Source: Chthoniobacterales bacterium
GTDB taxonomy: Bacteria; Verrucomicrobiota; Verrucomicrobiia; Chthoniobacterales; UBA10450
NCBI GenBank assembly: GCA_035644055.1
Contig: DASQPH010000033.1
Coordinates: 3,308-67,307 of the forward strand
Length of the DNA stretch: 64,000 nucleotides
Direction of reading: 5' to 3'
Below, piece by piece: positions 55,901-64,000 of this stretch. The notes beneath the pieces are model-generated. The model had not been told where the DNA came from, ran no database searches, and worked only from the letters and a program-made list of their open reading frames with translations. The position numbers and the translations under genes were made by a program. The number at the start of each line of letters is the position of its first letter. Positions within the stretch are counted from its first letter, which is position 1.

Positions 55901-56223
55901 TGGGTGAACTGTTTCTCGAGCGGCGTGGCGATCGTGTTCGCCATCGTTTCGGGATTTGCCCCGGGATAATTCGCGCTCACCGAAATGACCGGGTAATCGA
56001 CAGCCGGCAGATCGTTTACCGCGAGCTGCTTGAAAGTCAGGATGCCGAAGACGATGAGCGAGGCGGTCAACAGCATCGTCATGACCGGCCGCTGAATGAA
56101 CGGCTTGGAAAGACCGGAAGAAAATTGAACGAGCTTGCCTGCCGGCGTTTTCTCGCCGGGAACATCGTCGCGATGTTCGCCGGGTTCGCCGGGCGGCGCG
56201 GTGCGCTCGTCGTGATCGCTCAT
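52939..56223 (-). CDS. RND efflux transporter permease (AcrB/MdtC-type)
   Basis: 1094 aa. FIQRPVMTMLLTASLIVFGILTF..., 12-TM RND topology with two large periplasmic loops. Conserved GFLVDDAIVFLEN and GIVKKNGIMIVDF. Confidence 0.92.
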   Translation of the reverse strand: MSDHDERTAPPGEPGEHRDDVPGEKTPAGKLVQFSSGLSKPFIQRPVMTMLLTASLIVFGILTFKQLAVNDLPAVDYPVISVSANYPGANPETMANTIATPLEKQFTQIPGLTLSTSSSTQGSTNITLQFDLDKSIIDASTDVQAAIQRASGQLPNDLPQPPQFQKSNPNDSPVMYIALTSDTLSDGELYKYATSQVQQRINILPGISQVQIFGVKSAIRIKVDPSALASRNITLDELSTAIRAGTSYSGAGQFDGKNTSLVLRPNGQIADAEGYRNLIVARGKDGAPVYLRDVATVVDSVQDERLSRHFYARGYNAPASVIVLAVSRQAGANAVEVARSINGLMPQMRLELPGSINLIPTFDRSLSIVHSVSDVQATLFIAFVLVVLVIFIFLGRARDTMIPVVALPLSILLTFLVMWALNYSINNLTLMALTLAIGFLVDDAIVFLENVVRRAEHGESIYRATLNSAGEISFTILSMTLSLAAVFIPLAFMPGLLGRIFREFAITIIVAIFASGLVSLTLTPLMCARLLREHDSVHRQTWMERFTDSFFKPIRAFYGRSLDWFLDHGWLAVPILIACGFGVWFFFSSLPFTLLPTGDSGVIRGALLMQEGASPQQQRVMQEKLDPILQADPAVDKYFTIAGSGRAGSSGIFCVLFLKDAKERKPIEDVAMELRRTLSQIPGIFPTLNPSPVLQINIGATGSQFGRYSYTISGIDPEEVYAAADALGDKLKNYDGFAAPPRSNLFRNQPNLDINVDRDRASMYGVSISKLQGLLRAAYSQNYVYLIKQPDDQYQVILEVDDADRSKPEDLRQLYIRPDGKDTLIPIRTLTKSTTKLGLQAVNHLNQFTSVTFGFDTKPDAPLGDVTNFIEKTAAEVLPPTVKGEMQGEGLVLQQLFKALPFLVLAAVFVMYVILGILYESYVHPVTVLSTLFPAVVGGLLTLWLFNSTLSLYSVIGLFLLMGIVKKNGIMIVDFALHRIDEGYDLRSAIHEASIERFRPIIMTTLAALMGAVPLALGYGADGSSRRPLGLVIVGGLIVSQLITLYITPVIYLALEWVQENILDRVPFLRSGHTHHEADQPKGGNGKAPAPAGA

Positions 56224-56229
56224 CGTGGC

Positions 56230-57417
56230 CTAATGAGTCGTGCTGCCCGTGGATGACGACCCGGGCTTTTCGCCGTCGTTCGGGCCGCCGGGCCGCGGAT
56301 TCACTTTCATTCCAGGCGACAATTGCAACTGGCCGGAAGTCACCACCATCTCACCGGCCTGCACGCCATCGGTAATAACGGTGAGATCGCCCTGCGGCTG
56401 GCCGGGTTTCACCTGCCGCAATTCCAGAGTCGAATCCGATTTCACGATGAAGACATACGGCCCGTTCTGGCCGATCTGGACAGCGGTGCTCGGCACGAGC
56501 CTGGCGTCTTTCAAGACATCGAGAACCAGGCGCACCTTTACGAATTGCGCCGGCCAAAGCGCGCGGTCGGGGTTCGGCGTGACGCCGCGTAGTTTCACCG
56601 TGCCGGCGCCGGGCTGGACCGCCTGGTCGATGAAATACAATTTGCCGTCGCGCGGCTCTACGTTGTCGTCGTCCGCGTCGGTGACAACCTTCAGGTTTGG
56701 GTTGCTGAGATACCGCCGGACAAGTGGAAGGTCGGGCTCGGCGACCGTGAAGTCGGTATAGATCGGATCCATTCCCATGATCGTGAGCAACGGCGTGGTT
56801 CCGCCGGGGCCGACAACATTGCCAATGTCCACATTGCGCAAACCTGCCCGGCCATCGATAGGCGATCGGATGTAGCAACGGTCCAGATTTACCTGCGCGG
56901 CGGCGACGGCGGCCTCCGATCGGCGCTGATTCGCCTGCGCGGTGTCCCACTCCTGGCTGGCAGTGACGTTTTTGGCCTTTAATTCTGCCTGACGTTTGAA
57001 CGTCGCCTGATTCAATGCCAGATCCGCCTGGGCCGAAGCGAGCGCCGCTTCATACGGTTTCGGATCGATCAGGAAAAGCAGATCGCCTTTTTTCACGTCG
57101 GCGCCGTCTTTGAATTCGCGGGAAATGATTTGTCCGCTGACTTGCGCCTGGACCTGCACGATCTCGTACGCAGCGGTACTGCCGATTTCATCGAGATAAA
57201 GCGGAACGTCCTGGGTGATAACCTTCGCGGTCGTCACCGGGCGCGGACCCGGCGTCTGATTTGGTTTCGGCCGATTGGCAATCGTTCGAAGAGTCAGGAG
57301 CAGCGCAATCAAAACGATCAGGCCGCCGCCCCAATAAAGCTTCTTGCGACCGAAACGGTGCTCCAATTTTCCGACCGCGTCGCGCGTGAGAATGTTGGCC
57401 TTCGCCAGAGTGGTCAT
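56230..57417 (-). CDS. RND efflux periplasmic adaptor (membrane fusion protein)
   Basis: 395 aa. N-terminal TM segment, coiled-coil hairpin (ALASAQADLALNQATFKRQAEL...), IRSPIDGRAG lipoyl motif. Confidence 0.9.
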   Translation of the reverse strand: MTTLAKANILTRDAVGKLEHRFGRKKLYWGGGLIVLIALLLTLRTIANRPKPNQTPGPRPVTTAKVITQDVPLYLDEIGSTAAYEIVQVQAQVSGQIISREFKDGADVKKGDLLFLIDPKPYEAALASAQADLALNQATFKRQAELKAKNVTASQEWDTAQANQRRSEAAVAAAQVNLDRCYIRSPIDGRAGLRNVDIGNVVGPGGTTPLLTIMGMDPIYTDFTVAEPDLPLVRRYLSNPNLKVVTDADDDNVEPRDGKLYFIDQAVQPGAGTVKLRGVTPNPDRALWPAQFVKVRLVLDVLKDARLVPSTAVQIGQNGPYVFIVKSDSTLELRQVKPGQPQGDLTVITDGVQAGEMVVTSGQLQLSPGMKVNPRPGGPNDGEKPGSSSTGSTTH

Positions 57418-57902
57418 GACAAACCGTTGCCTTTCGTCAGATCGGAATGACCATTGCGCGCGCCATTCGCAGGTCGTTCCGCCTTCTCCCTTATTTTCGA
57501 GAGCACCTTAATGCAAGTTTCCAGATCGCGCCGCGGAATATCTTCGATCAACTCGGCGCGGAGGTCGTGGGCGGCATTGAAAATCTTATCAAGCACGGCT
57601 TTGGAGCGGCGCTGAAGATGGACGGTTTTGCAGCGGCGATCTTCCGCGACGTCGCGGCGTTCGACCCAGCCGTCGTTTTCCAGCCGATCGAGCAAACCCG
57701 CCAGGGTCGCACCTTCGATCCCCATCCGCTCGGCGATTTCCTTCTGGGTGAGTTTGTTTCCGCCCTGCGAAAGATGCATGAGCGTCCGCCATTTTCCCTG
57801 GCTCAAACCGAGCGGGCGTAACCGCTGGTCGAGCTTCGTCCGCCAGGCGCGGGCGGTGCCGAAGAGAATGAGACCGAGCTCGTTGATGTTCAGTGGAGGC
57901 AT
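57414..57902 (-). CDS. MarR family transcriptional regulator
   Basis: ORF 57414-57935; ATG 57902 (MPPLNINELGLILFG...) is the likely start. Winged-helix segment LSQGKWRTLMHLSQGGNKLTQKEIAERMGIEGATLAGLLDRLENDGWVER. 4-bp overlap with the adaptor gene. Confidence 0.85.
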   Translation of the reverse strand: MPPLNINELGLILFGTARAWRTKLDQRLRPLGLSQGKWRTLMHLSQGGNKLTQKEIAERMGIEGATLAGLLDRLENDGWVERRDVAEDRRCKTVHLQRRSKAVLDKIFNAAHDLRAELIEDIPRRDLETCIKVLSKIREKAERPANGARNGHSDLTKGNGLS

Positions 57903-57954
57903 GACGGAATTGGTTAGCGTGCTAACGAATCCCAATTTACCCGGATGTCAAAAA

Positions 57955-59388
57955 CTATCGGCCCCCTACCCTCGCCAGAATCACCGTGTGGTTTCGATAA
58001 TCGGTGAAGCCTTCGATCCGCTGCGGCCGCAACGGGAGCCAGCGCTGACTTTCCGTGAGTTCTCGTTCACGTTCTGCCTGGACGAGCAAATACCGCGCGG
58101 TCGTGGGCACATCCTCGAGACGGCTGACGTAAATCAAGCGCGATCGGACATAGAAAAGGAACGGCTGATAATCGGGATCGACGGCATAAAGCGGTTCTCC
58201 ATTCGGCACGAGCCGGTCGATTTGCTGCGCGATCGGTCTCACTTTTGAGCGTCGTTGCAAGAAGGGAACGATGGCGGCTGCATAGGCGCACAACCCGAAG
58301 CTGGCCACGATCGCAATCGCGATCACAAAACGTTGACGGCTCCTGGTCGACCAAAGTTTTTCGCGCCACCGAACTTCCGGCGCCGACAGCGTCATTGCCA
58401 TTAACCAACAGGCCGGAACAAGCGCCGGCATCGAGTAACGTGACAGGCCGCCGGGCAACAGGTTCACCACCAAAAAAGGCAAAGCAGTTCCCCAGCTCAA
58501 CCCGCGCGCCAGATTGCGATCTGAATTCGATGTCCAGTTTGTCTGCTGAACGAGCGGCAACAAGAGTGTCCAGGGGAGAAAGTAAGCGAGCCCGCGAGGA
58601 ATATTCATCAGCCAGCTGGCAAGTTTAAAATCGTCGCCAGTAAAACGGCCGGTCAATTGCACGGCCCAGTTTTGCCCGACGCTGGCGCCGTGCAGCGCCT
58701 GCCAGTACGGAATCGCCCAGGCCGCGAAGATCCCGATCATCAACAGAGCGCCGGCGAAATGTTTGGCGCTCAGGAGCTGGCGAAATTCTCCTTCAAAGAG
58801 AAGGACTGCGACGACGATCGGGTAGAAAAAGAAGAGGTGGACCGGGCCTTTCGCCAATATCCCGAGCCCGAGAAAAATCCAGGGCAGAGTCCAGGTGAGC
58901 CAACCGGATTTCCGCTGCTGCCACCAGCTCAGCCAAAAAATAAACGCGAGTCCGAAGAGTGAGACATAAAGCGCTTCGATCTCGATCAGTCGGCCCTTTT
59001 CGACGATGCCGACGTTCGCCAGCCAGATGATTGCGGCGAACAGCGATCCGTTTTGGCCGAGAGACGGACGCGCTACCGTCAGAAACGCGATTGCGACAAA
59101 GAGCACGCAAAGCACGGATGGCAGGCGCGCTGTCCATTCGTTGCGCACACCGGTCAGTTTAAATGACGCCGCCACCAGCCAATTCACGAGCGGCGGCTTG
59201 CGGAAATACGGTTCGCTCCCGACTTGAGGCACGAGATAATTACCGGTCTCGAGCATCGTCACCGCGGGCAAAATCCGCCGGCCTTCCTCTCCTTTGATTT
59301 CGAGCGAGCCGAGTCCCGGCAAATAAATTGCCGCCCAGCAGGCGATAACGAGACAGAACGAGGCGGCGCGCGACATCTCAGCGCCCAC
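57955..59388 (-). CDS. Glycosyltransferase family 39 (ArnT / protein O-mannosyltransferase-like) membrane protein
   Basis: 477 aa, polytopic. N-terminal loop EIKGEEGRRILPAVTMLETGNYLVPQVGSEPYFRKPPLVNW matches the GT39/GT-C signature region. Confidence 0.8.
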   Translation of the reverse strand: MGAEMSRAASFCLVIACWAAIYLPGLGSLEIKGEEGRRILPAVTMLETGNYLVPQVGSEPYFRKPPLVNWLVAASFKLTGVRNEWTARLPSVLCVLFVAIAFLTVARPSLGQNGSLFAAIIWLANVGIVEKGRLIEIEALYVSLFGLAFIFWLSWWQQRKSGWLTWTLPWIFLGLGILAKGPVHLFFFYPIVVAVLLFEGEFRQLLSAKHFAGALLMIGIFAAWAIPYWQALHGASVGQNWAVQLTGRFTGDDFKLASWLMNIPRGLAYFLPWTLLLPLVQQTNWTSNSDRNLARGLSWGTALPFLVVNLLPGGLSRYSMPALVPACWLMAMTLSAPEVRWREKLWSTRSRQRFVIAIAIVASFGLCAYAAAIVPFLQRRSKVRPIAQQIDRLVPNGEPLYAVDPDYQPFLFYVRSRLIYVSRLEDVPTTARYLLVQAERERELTESQRWLPLRPQRIEGFTDYRNHTVILARVGGR

Positions 59389-59475
59389 TGTTCAACCGCC
59401 ATCTTTCCCGGGTCAACCTCCGCTTGACGAAAGGTCCTTGGAAAATTAGGTTAAGCGCCTAGTCCGCGCTGGATG

Positions 59476-59502
59476 GAGTGGGAGCTGTGTCCCACTCTTT
59501 TT
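59476..59502 (+). terminator. Intrinsic-terminator-like hairpin in the nusA leader (candidate attenuator)
   Basis: GAGTGGGA (59476-59483), loop GCTGTG, TCCCACTC (59490-59497), then TTTTT (59498-59502). It sits 22 nt upstream of the nusA ATG. The upstream gene is divergent, so this hairpin does not terminate a neighbouring gene. Confidence 0.5.
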
Positions 59503-59523
59503 AGTCTGCGGGCTGCGTGTTTT

Positions 59524-60777
59524 ATGAACGCCGAGTTTATTGCCATGCTGGATTACCTGGAGCGCGAGCGCGGGATCAAACGCGAGGTCCTGCTCGAGGC
59601 GGTCTCCAACGCGCTCCTTTCCGCTTCGAAGAAAAGCGTGAGCGCCTCGCGTGAATTGCGAATCGATATCAATCCGAAGACCGGCGAAATCCGAGCCCTC
59701 GCGAAGTTGCTTGTCGTCGATCAGGTCACGAATCCGGCCGACGAGATTTCGTTAACCAAGGCGCAGCGGATCGACCCGAACGCAGTCGTTGGCGGCGAAG
59801 TGGAAGTCGAAGTCACGCCCAAGAATTTCGGACGCATCGCAGCCCAGACCGCAAAGCAGGCAATGATGCAGCGCATCCGCCAGGTCGAGAAGGAAATGAT
59901 TTACGAGGAGTTCAAGGACCGCGCGGGCGAGATCGTCAGCGGGACCGTGCGACGCTTCGATCGCTCGGACGTGATTCTCGACCTAGGAAAGTTTGAAGCC
60001 GTGATGCCGCAACGGGAGCGCGTCGTCGTTGAAGATTACAACGTTGGCGATCGGCTGCGCGCCTACGTGGTCGCGGTCGAAAACGGGATTCGCGGGCCGG
60101 AGATCATCGTCTCACGCAGCCATCCGAATTTTGTCCGGCGCTTGTTCGAGCTGGAAGTCAGCGAGATCAATGATGGAACCGTCGAGATTCGCGGCATTGC
60201 CCGCGAAGCCGGTTATCGGACCAAGATCGCGGTCACGAGCGCGAACGAAAAAGTCGATCCGGTGGGCGCGTGCGTCGGGATGCGCGGCTCGCGGGTGAAA
60301 AACATCGTTCGCGAATTGAACAACGAGAAGGTCGACATCATTCGCTGGAGCTCCGATCCGAAGGAGTTCGTTCTTGAAGCGCTCAAACCGGCGAAAGTGA
60401 AGAACCTCGTTTTCGATCCGGAAAAGAAGAGCGTCCAGATTTCCGTCGATGAAGATCAGCTTTCGCTCGCGATCGGGAAGAAAGGACAGAACGCGCGGCT
60501 CACTTCGCGTTTGACCGGCTGGGAGATCAACATCGATCGCGACACCTCCGCGACGCACGCGGTCGAGCAGAAGGTCGCGCAGGCTGCCCAGGCACTTTCG
60601 GCCGGCCTTCCGATCACCGAGGAACAGGCGCTTTCGCTGGTTAAATCCGGGTTCACGAACCTGGAAGGATTGCGCGACGCGGCGGTCGAAGATTTGGTGG
60701 AGATTCTTTCGGTGGACGAAGCGAAGGCGAAAGAGATCCACGAAGCTGTTCATCAGGAGACACCCGCGGCACAGTAG
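59524..60777 (+). CDS. nusA: Transcription termination/antitermination factor NusA
   Basis: The ORF track starts at 59473. ATG 59524 gives the canonical N-terminus MNAEFIAMLDYLERERGIKREVLLEAVSNALLSA. S1 and KH motifs present (GEIVSGTVRRFD, RTKIAV..DPVGACVGMRGSRV, AIGKKGQNARL). Confidence 0.92.
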   Translation: MNAEFIAMLDYLERERGIKREVLLEAVSNALLSASKKSVSASRELRIDINPKTGEIRALAKLLVVDQVTNPADEISLTKAQRIDPNAVVGGEVEVEVTPKNFGRIAAQTAKQAMMQRIRQVEKEMIYEEFKDRAGEIVSGTVRRFDRSDVILDLGKFEAVMPQRERVVVEDYNVGDRLRAYVVAVENGIRGPEIIVSRSHPNFVRRLFELEVSEINDGTVEIRGIAREAGYRTKIAVTSANEKVDPVGACVGMRGSRVKNIVRELNNEKVDIIRWSSDPKEFVLEALKPAKVKNLVFDPEKKSVQISVDEDQLSLAIGKKGQNARLTSRLTGWEINIDRDTSATHAVEQKVAQAAQALSAGLPITEEQALSLVKSGFTNLEGLRDAAVEDLVEILSVDEAKAKEIHEAVHQETPAAQ

Positions 60778-60859
60778 CGCGCACGGTCCGCCACGGGACG
60801 GACTCGCCGTGGCGAGTTTGTTGGTGGACCGGCCATGGCCGAATTAAGAAATTTTTGTA

Positions 60860-63172
60860 ATGGCAACGAAGACGACGAAACCTGCAGGACGCAAAACCGC
60901 GACCGATCGCAAACCGGTCAAGGCGGCTGCTTCGTCGTTGCGCAGTTCGGCTCACGCTGAGCCGAAGAAAAAGGAAGCGCCCAAAGAGACCAAGGCCGCA
61001 AAAGCGCACATTCCGGCGAAAGTAGTTTCCAAACCCGCGGTCGCACCCGCTCCGGCCAAGCCGAAATCGGAACCGCATCCGGCACCGAAAACGCCAGCGC
61101 CGCCAGCAAAACCGCACCCAGAAACGCCGAAGCCGGCCGAGCCCCCCAAACCAAAAGCGGCCCCGCGTAACGTCGAGAGCGTTTCGCTCATTGACGAGAA
61201 AAAGCCGAAGCCGAAACGCGCCGAAACCGATGGCGCCGTGAAACGCGCCGCGATTCTGCCCCCGATTTCTCGCCTCAAGACGCCAGGTCCATTGCCGGCA
61301 CCGGTCGCGCCGCCGCCCGCGCCCAAACCTGAAGCGCCCGTCGCTCCCACCGAACCGACTGCCGCAGCTCCGACGGCCGAGCCGGAAGCGGAACAAAAGA
61401 TCATTCACATCAAGCCGCCGATTATCGTCAAGGAATTGGCCACGCACCTTGGCTTGAAGCCCTATCAGCTGATCAAAGAGCTGATGACCGATTTCAACAT
61501 TTTCGTCAACATCAACCAAACGGTCGAGCCGGACATCGCCACTCAGATTTGCCAGAAACACGGGTTCGTTTTCGAAATGGAACGCCGTGAGAAAGGCGGC
61601 GGCGTTCACAAGGTCGAACAGGTCGTGGTCGCGCCGCCTCCGCCGGTCATCGAGAAGGAAGAAGAACTCAAAGTCCGCGGGCCGATCATCACGTTCATGG
61701 GCCACGTCGACCACGGCAAGACGTCATTAATGGACGCGATCCGCAAGACGCGCGTTGCCGCGGGCGAAGCGGGCGGCATCACCCAGCATATCGGCGCCTA
61801 CACCGTCGATTACAAGGGCACGCACATCACGTTTCTCGACACGCCGGGCCATGCCGCCTTCACCGCGATGCGCGCGCGCGGTGCGCACGTTACCGACATC
61901 GCTGTGATCGTTGTCGCCGCGGACGACGGCCTCATGCCGCAAACGATTGAGGCGATCAACCACGCGAAAGCCGCGCCGCACGTCAAAATCATGGTGGCCA
62001 TCAACAAGATCGATTTGCCTTCGGCAAACATCGATCGGGTGAAGAAGCAATTGCAGGAGCGCGAACTGGCGCCGGAAGATTGGGGTGGAGAAACGATCGT
62101 CTGCGAAGTTTCGGCCACCAAAGGAACCGGCATCGATCATCTCCTCGAGATGATGACGTTGCAGGCGGAAGTGATGGAATTGAAAGCGTCGCCGACGGCG
62201 ACTCCGCGCGGCACGGTGATCGAAGCACAGGTGGAAGCGGGTCGGGGCCCGACTGCGACGGTGATTGTGCAAATGGGCACGCTGAAAATCGGCGACCCGT
62301 TCATTTGCGGCGATTACGCCGGCAAAGTGAAGTCGTTGATCGACGATCATGGCAAGCCCATCAAGGAAGCCGGTCCATCGACGCCTGTGAAGGTGCTTGG
62401 ATTCAGCGGACTTCCTCAGGCCGGCGATGAATTTCTCGTCATGGAATCGGAACGTTCGGCGAAAACGCTGGGCGAAGAACGGCTTCTCGGCCGGCGCGCG
62501 GATAAATTGGCGGCACCGCAACGCGCGACGCTCGAAAGCCTGCTTGAAGCGGCCGACGGCAAAAAGCATTTGCGCATTGTCTTGAAGTGCGACGCGCAGG
62601 GCTCACTCGAAGCATTGAGCGGCGCGCTTTTGCAAATCGAGAGCAAGAAGGTCGATCTCGAAATTATCCATGCCGGCGTCGGACCCATTTCGGAATCGGA
62701 CATGCTCCTGGCGAGCGCGTCGAACGCGGTCGTGATCGGGTTCAACATCAAGGTCGAAAGCATGGCCGTCGGCGCGGCGAAACGCGAAGGCGTGCAGGTG
62801 AAGCTCTACAGCATCATCTACGAATTGATCGACCAGATCAAAGACTCGATGGCCGAGCTGCTCGATCCGGAACATCGCGAGACCGTCATCGGCCACGCCG
62901 AAGTGAAACAGATTTTCAAACTGAGCAAGGGCATCGTCGCGGGCTGTCTCGTCACCGACGGCCGAATCGCGCGGACGGCGCGGGCGCGGGTTCTCCGCAA
63001 ACGCCAGCCGGTTTACGACGGTGGGCTGTCGACCCTGCGCCGTTTCCAGGACGACGTGAAAGAAGTCCGGGTCGGCCTCGAGTGCGGCATCAAGCTGGGG
63101 GATTTCAGCGAATATCAAGTGGGCGACATTATCGAGTGCTATCTGCTCGAGGCCGTCGCGCAGAAACTGTGA
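60860..63172 (+). CDS. infB: Translation initiation factor IF-2
   Basis: 770 aa. Lys/Pro/Ala-rich N-terminus. GTPase motifs [20 protein letters not shown]-terminal domains are conserved. Confidence 0.95.
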   Translation: MATKTTKPAGRKTATDRKPVKAAASSLRSSAHAEPKKKEAPKETKAAKAHIPAKVVSKPAVAPAPAKPKSEPHPAPKTPAPPAKPHPETPKPAEPPKPKAAPRNVESVSLIDEKKPKPKRAETDGAVKRAAILPPISRLKTPGPLPAPVAPPPAPKPEAPVAPTEPTAAAPTAEPEAEQKIIHIKPPIIVKELATHLGLKPYQLIKELMTDFNIFVNINQTVEPDIATQICQKHGFVFEMERREKGGGVHKVEQVVVAPPPPVIEKEEELKVRGPIITFMGHVDHGKTSLMDAIRKTRVAAGEAGGITQHIGAYTVDYKGTHITFLDTPGHAAFTAMRARGAHVTDIAVIVVAADDGLMPQTIEAINHAKAAPHVKIMVAINKIDLPSANIDRVKKQLQERELAPEDWGGETIVCEVSATKGTGIDHLLEMMTLQAEVMELKASPTATPRGTVIEAQVEAGRGPTATVIVQMGTLKIGDPFICGDYAGKVKSLIDDHGKPIKEAGPSTPVKVLGFSGLPQAGDEFLVMESERSAKTLGEERLLGRRADKLAAPQRATLESLLEAADGKKHLRIVLKCDAQGSLEALSGALLQIESKKVDLEIIHAGVGPISESDMLLASASNAVVIGFNIKVESMAVGAAKREGVQVKLYSIIYELIDQIKDSMAELLDPEHRETVIGHAEVKQIFKLSKGIVAGCLVTDGRIARTARARVLRKRQPVYDGGLSTLRRFQDDVKEVRVGLECGIKLGDFSEYQVGDIIECYLLEAVAQKL

Positions 63173-63244
63173 TTCGTTGAAACGATGAAGCGTTGGAGCG
63201 GCGAGTCGCTTTAACGCTTCAACGCTTCAACGGCAAACGTCGCC

Positions 63245-63589
63245 ATGAAACATCGATTACTTCGCGTAAACGAACTCCTGAAGCGCGAGCTGAGCAGCAT
63301 CATCACTCGCGAGATCAACTTCGAGGGAGCGCTGGTTACGTTGAACCAGGTTGACGTCACGCCCGACCTGAAAAGCGCGCACGCTTACGTCAGTGTCCTC
63401 GGCAAAGGGGATCAGTCGGCCGTGATGGCGAAGCTCGAAAAACACCGCGCCATTCTGCAGTCCACGCTCGCGAAAGCCGTGACGTTGAAATACACGCCAC
63501 AGCTCGTTTTCCATCTCGACGATTCGATCGAACGCGGCGCGCGCGTCTTCGAAATCCTCCAGGAAATCGAAACGCCGGAGAAGGAATGA
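63245..63589 (+). CDS. rbfA: Ribosome-binding factor A
   Basis: 114 aa. RVNELLKRELSSII...VTLNQVDVTPDLKSAHAYVSV...LKYTPQLVFHLDDSIERG. Confidence 0.9.
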   Translation: MKHRLLRVNELLKRELSSIITREINFEGALVTLNQVDVTPDLKSAHAYVSVLGKGDQSAVMAKLEKHRAILQSTLAKAVTLKYTPQLVFHLDDSIERGARVFEILQEIETPEKE

Positions 63590-64000
63590 AGCAATCGAGC
63601 TTCGAAGAAATCGGCGCGGTCTTGCGTTCGCAGCAAACCTTCGCCGTGCTCAGTCATGTCCGGCCGGACGGCGACGCACTCGGCAGCCAGCTTGGCCTTG
63701 GCCTTTCGCTTTCGAAACTCGGAAAGACCGTGATGGTTCGGAACGAGGACGGTCTCCTCGAGAAATACGGTTTTCTGCCCGGTGGCGAATTTTTACAGAT
63801 GCCATTGAGCGAGCCGCAGGATTTCGACGTTGCCATCGCCCTCGACACCGCAACCCAAAGCCGCCTCGGCACCGCGACATCTCTCGTGCGCAGCGCCAGG
63901 ACGTGGATCAACATCGATCACCATCCGAGCAATCCGCGCTACGGGGATCTTGTTTACATCGACTCGAATGCGCCCGCGACCGGCCAGATTCTTTTCGAAT
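63586..64000 (+). CDS. DHH-family phosphoesterase (NrnA-like oligoribonuclease/pAp phosphatase), 5' part, runs off the window
   Basis: Not in the ORF track because no stop is in the window. ATG 63586 overlaps the rbfA stop (ATGA). Translation: MKQSSFEEIGAVLRSQQTFAVLSHVRPDGDALGS...FDVAIALDT...INIDHHPSN (DHH motifs I-III). Confidence 0.8.
   Translation, partial: MKQSSFEEIGAVLRSQQTFAVLSHVRPDGDALGSQLGLGLSLSKLGKTVMVRNEDGLLEKYGFLPGGEFLQMPLSEPQDFDVAIALDTATQSRLGTATSLVRSARTWINIDHHPSNPRYGDLVYIDSNAPATGQILFE

Noticed and set aside
52939-57902. The marR-MFP-RND operon as a dedicated secretion system (T1SS-like) for the neighbouring giant proteins
   Set aside because: The permease is a 12-TM AcrB-type RND pump, not an ABC exporter. 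The giants have N-terminal Sec signal peptides and no C-terminal RTX/GGxGxD secretion signal. The operon is convergent to the giants and carries its own MarR repressor, the usual drug-efflux layout.
59473-59523. The upstream ATG 59473 as the nusA start (MEWELCPTLFSLRAACF...)
   Set aside because: The canonical NusA N-terminus begins at ATG 59524. The extra 17 codons have no counterpart in NusA proteins and coincide with the terminator-like hairpin.
60653-62569. Minus-strand ORFs 60653-61714 (353 aa) and 61727-62569 (280 aa)
   Set aside because: They are antisense to nusA and infB, which have unmistakable conserved motifs. The translations are Arg-rich with no motifs.
1-64000. Mobile elements, prophage, integrase, tRNA/rRNA genes, toxin-antitoxin pairs or defence islands
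   Set aside because: I scanned intergenic spacers and all ORF translations by eye. I found no transposase, integrase or recombinase motifs, no terminal inverted repeats flanking a gene block, no tRNA-like cloverleaf sequence in any spacer (all are under 280 bp), and no recognisable defence-system proteins.

Overview
GC-rich bacterial chromosomal window with about 45 protein-coding genes. I saw no rRNA, tRNA, CRISPR array, transposase or integrase. The gene content suggests a soil-type Gram-negative such as a Verrucomicrobiota- or Acidobacteriota-like organism, but that is inference only. Recognisable backbone genes: hflK-hflC; an M3 peptidyl-dipeptidase (dcp-like); a MATE exporter; a marR-MFP-RND efflux operon; a GT39 (ArnT/PMT-like) glycosyltransferase; an ornithine cyclodeaminase plus PLP-dehydratase operon; two VOC/glyoxalase genes; a fused membrane/spermidine-synthase-like protein; an FGE-sulfatase-domain protein; and nusA-infB-rbfA followed by a DHH (nrnA-like) gene that runs off the 3' edge. 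The stand-out content is four secreted proteins, all on the + strand (373-2478, 19790-23365, 30462-38063, 38191-52383). They carry unrelated cargo but all end in the same tandem pair of ~125-aa domains (NISTR ... RALGPSL ... DPxLELHD ... NDDW ... ES.I ... YTAIVxG ... GIGLVEVY[DN]L-x-stop), which I could not assign to a named family. Two of them are adjacent giant ORFs of 2533 aa and 4730 aa that fill 22 kb. These two are mosaic paralogs built from LamG, CSLREA-type beta-helix, Calx-beta, delta-60 propeller, cadherin-like and ExeM/NucH-type nuclease modules joined by Thr/Ala/Pro linkers. They share a conserved promoter-like block and lie directly downstream of a soluble hybrid histidine kinase. 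I propose the C-terminal module as a candidate previously undescribed sorting, anchoring or export tag. Smaller observations: a terminator-like hairpin in the nusA leader, a repeated intergenic hairpin element, a Calx-beta domain split by a nested 7-blade propeller, and an unlisted small ORF coupled to the cyclodeaminase gene. All family assignments come from reading motifs by eye; no searches were run.
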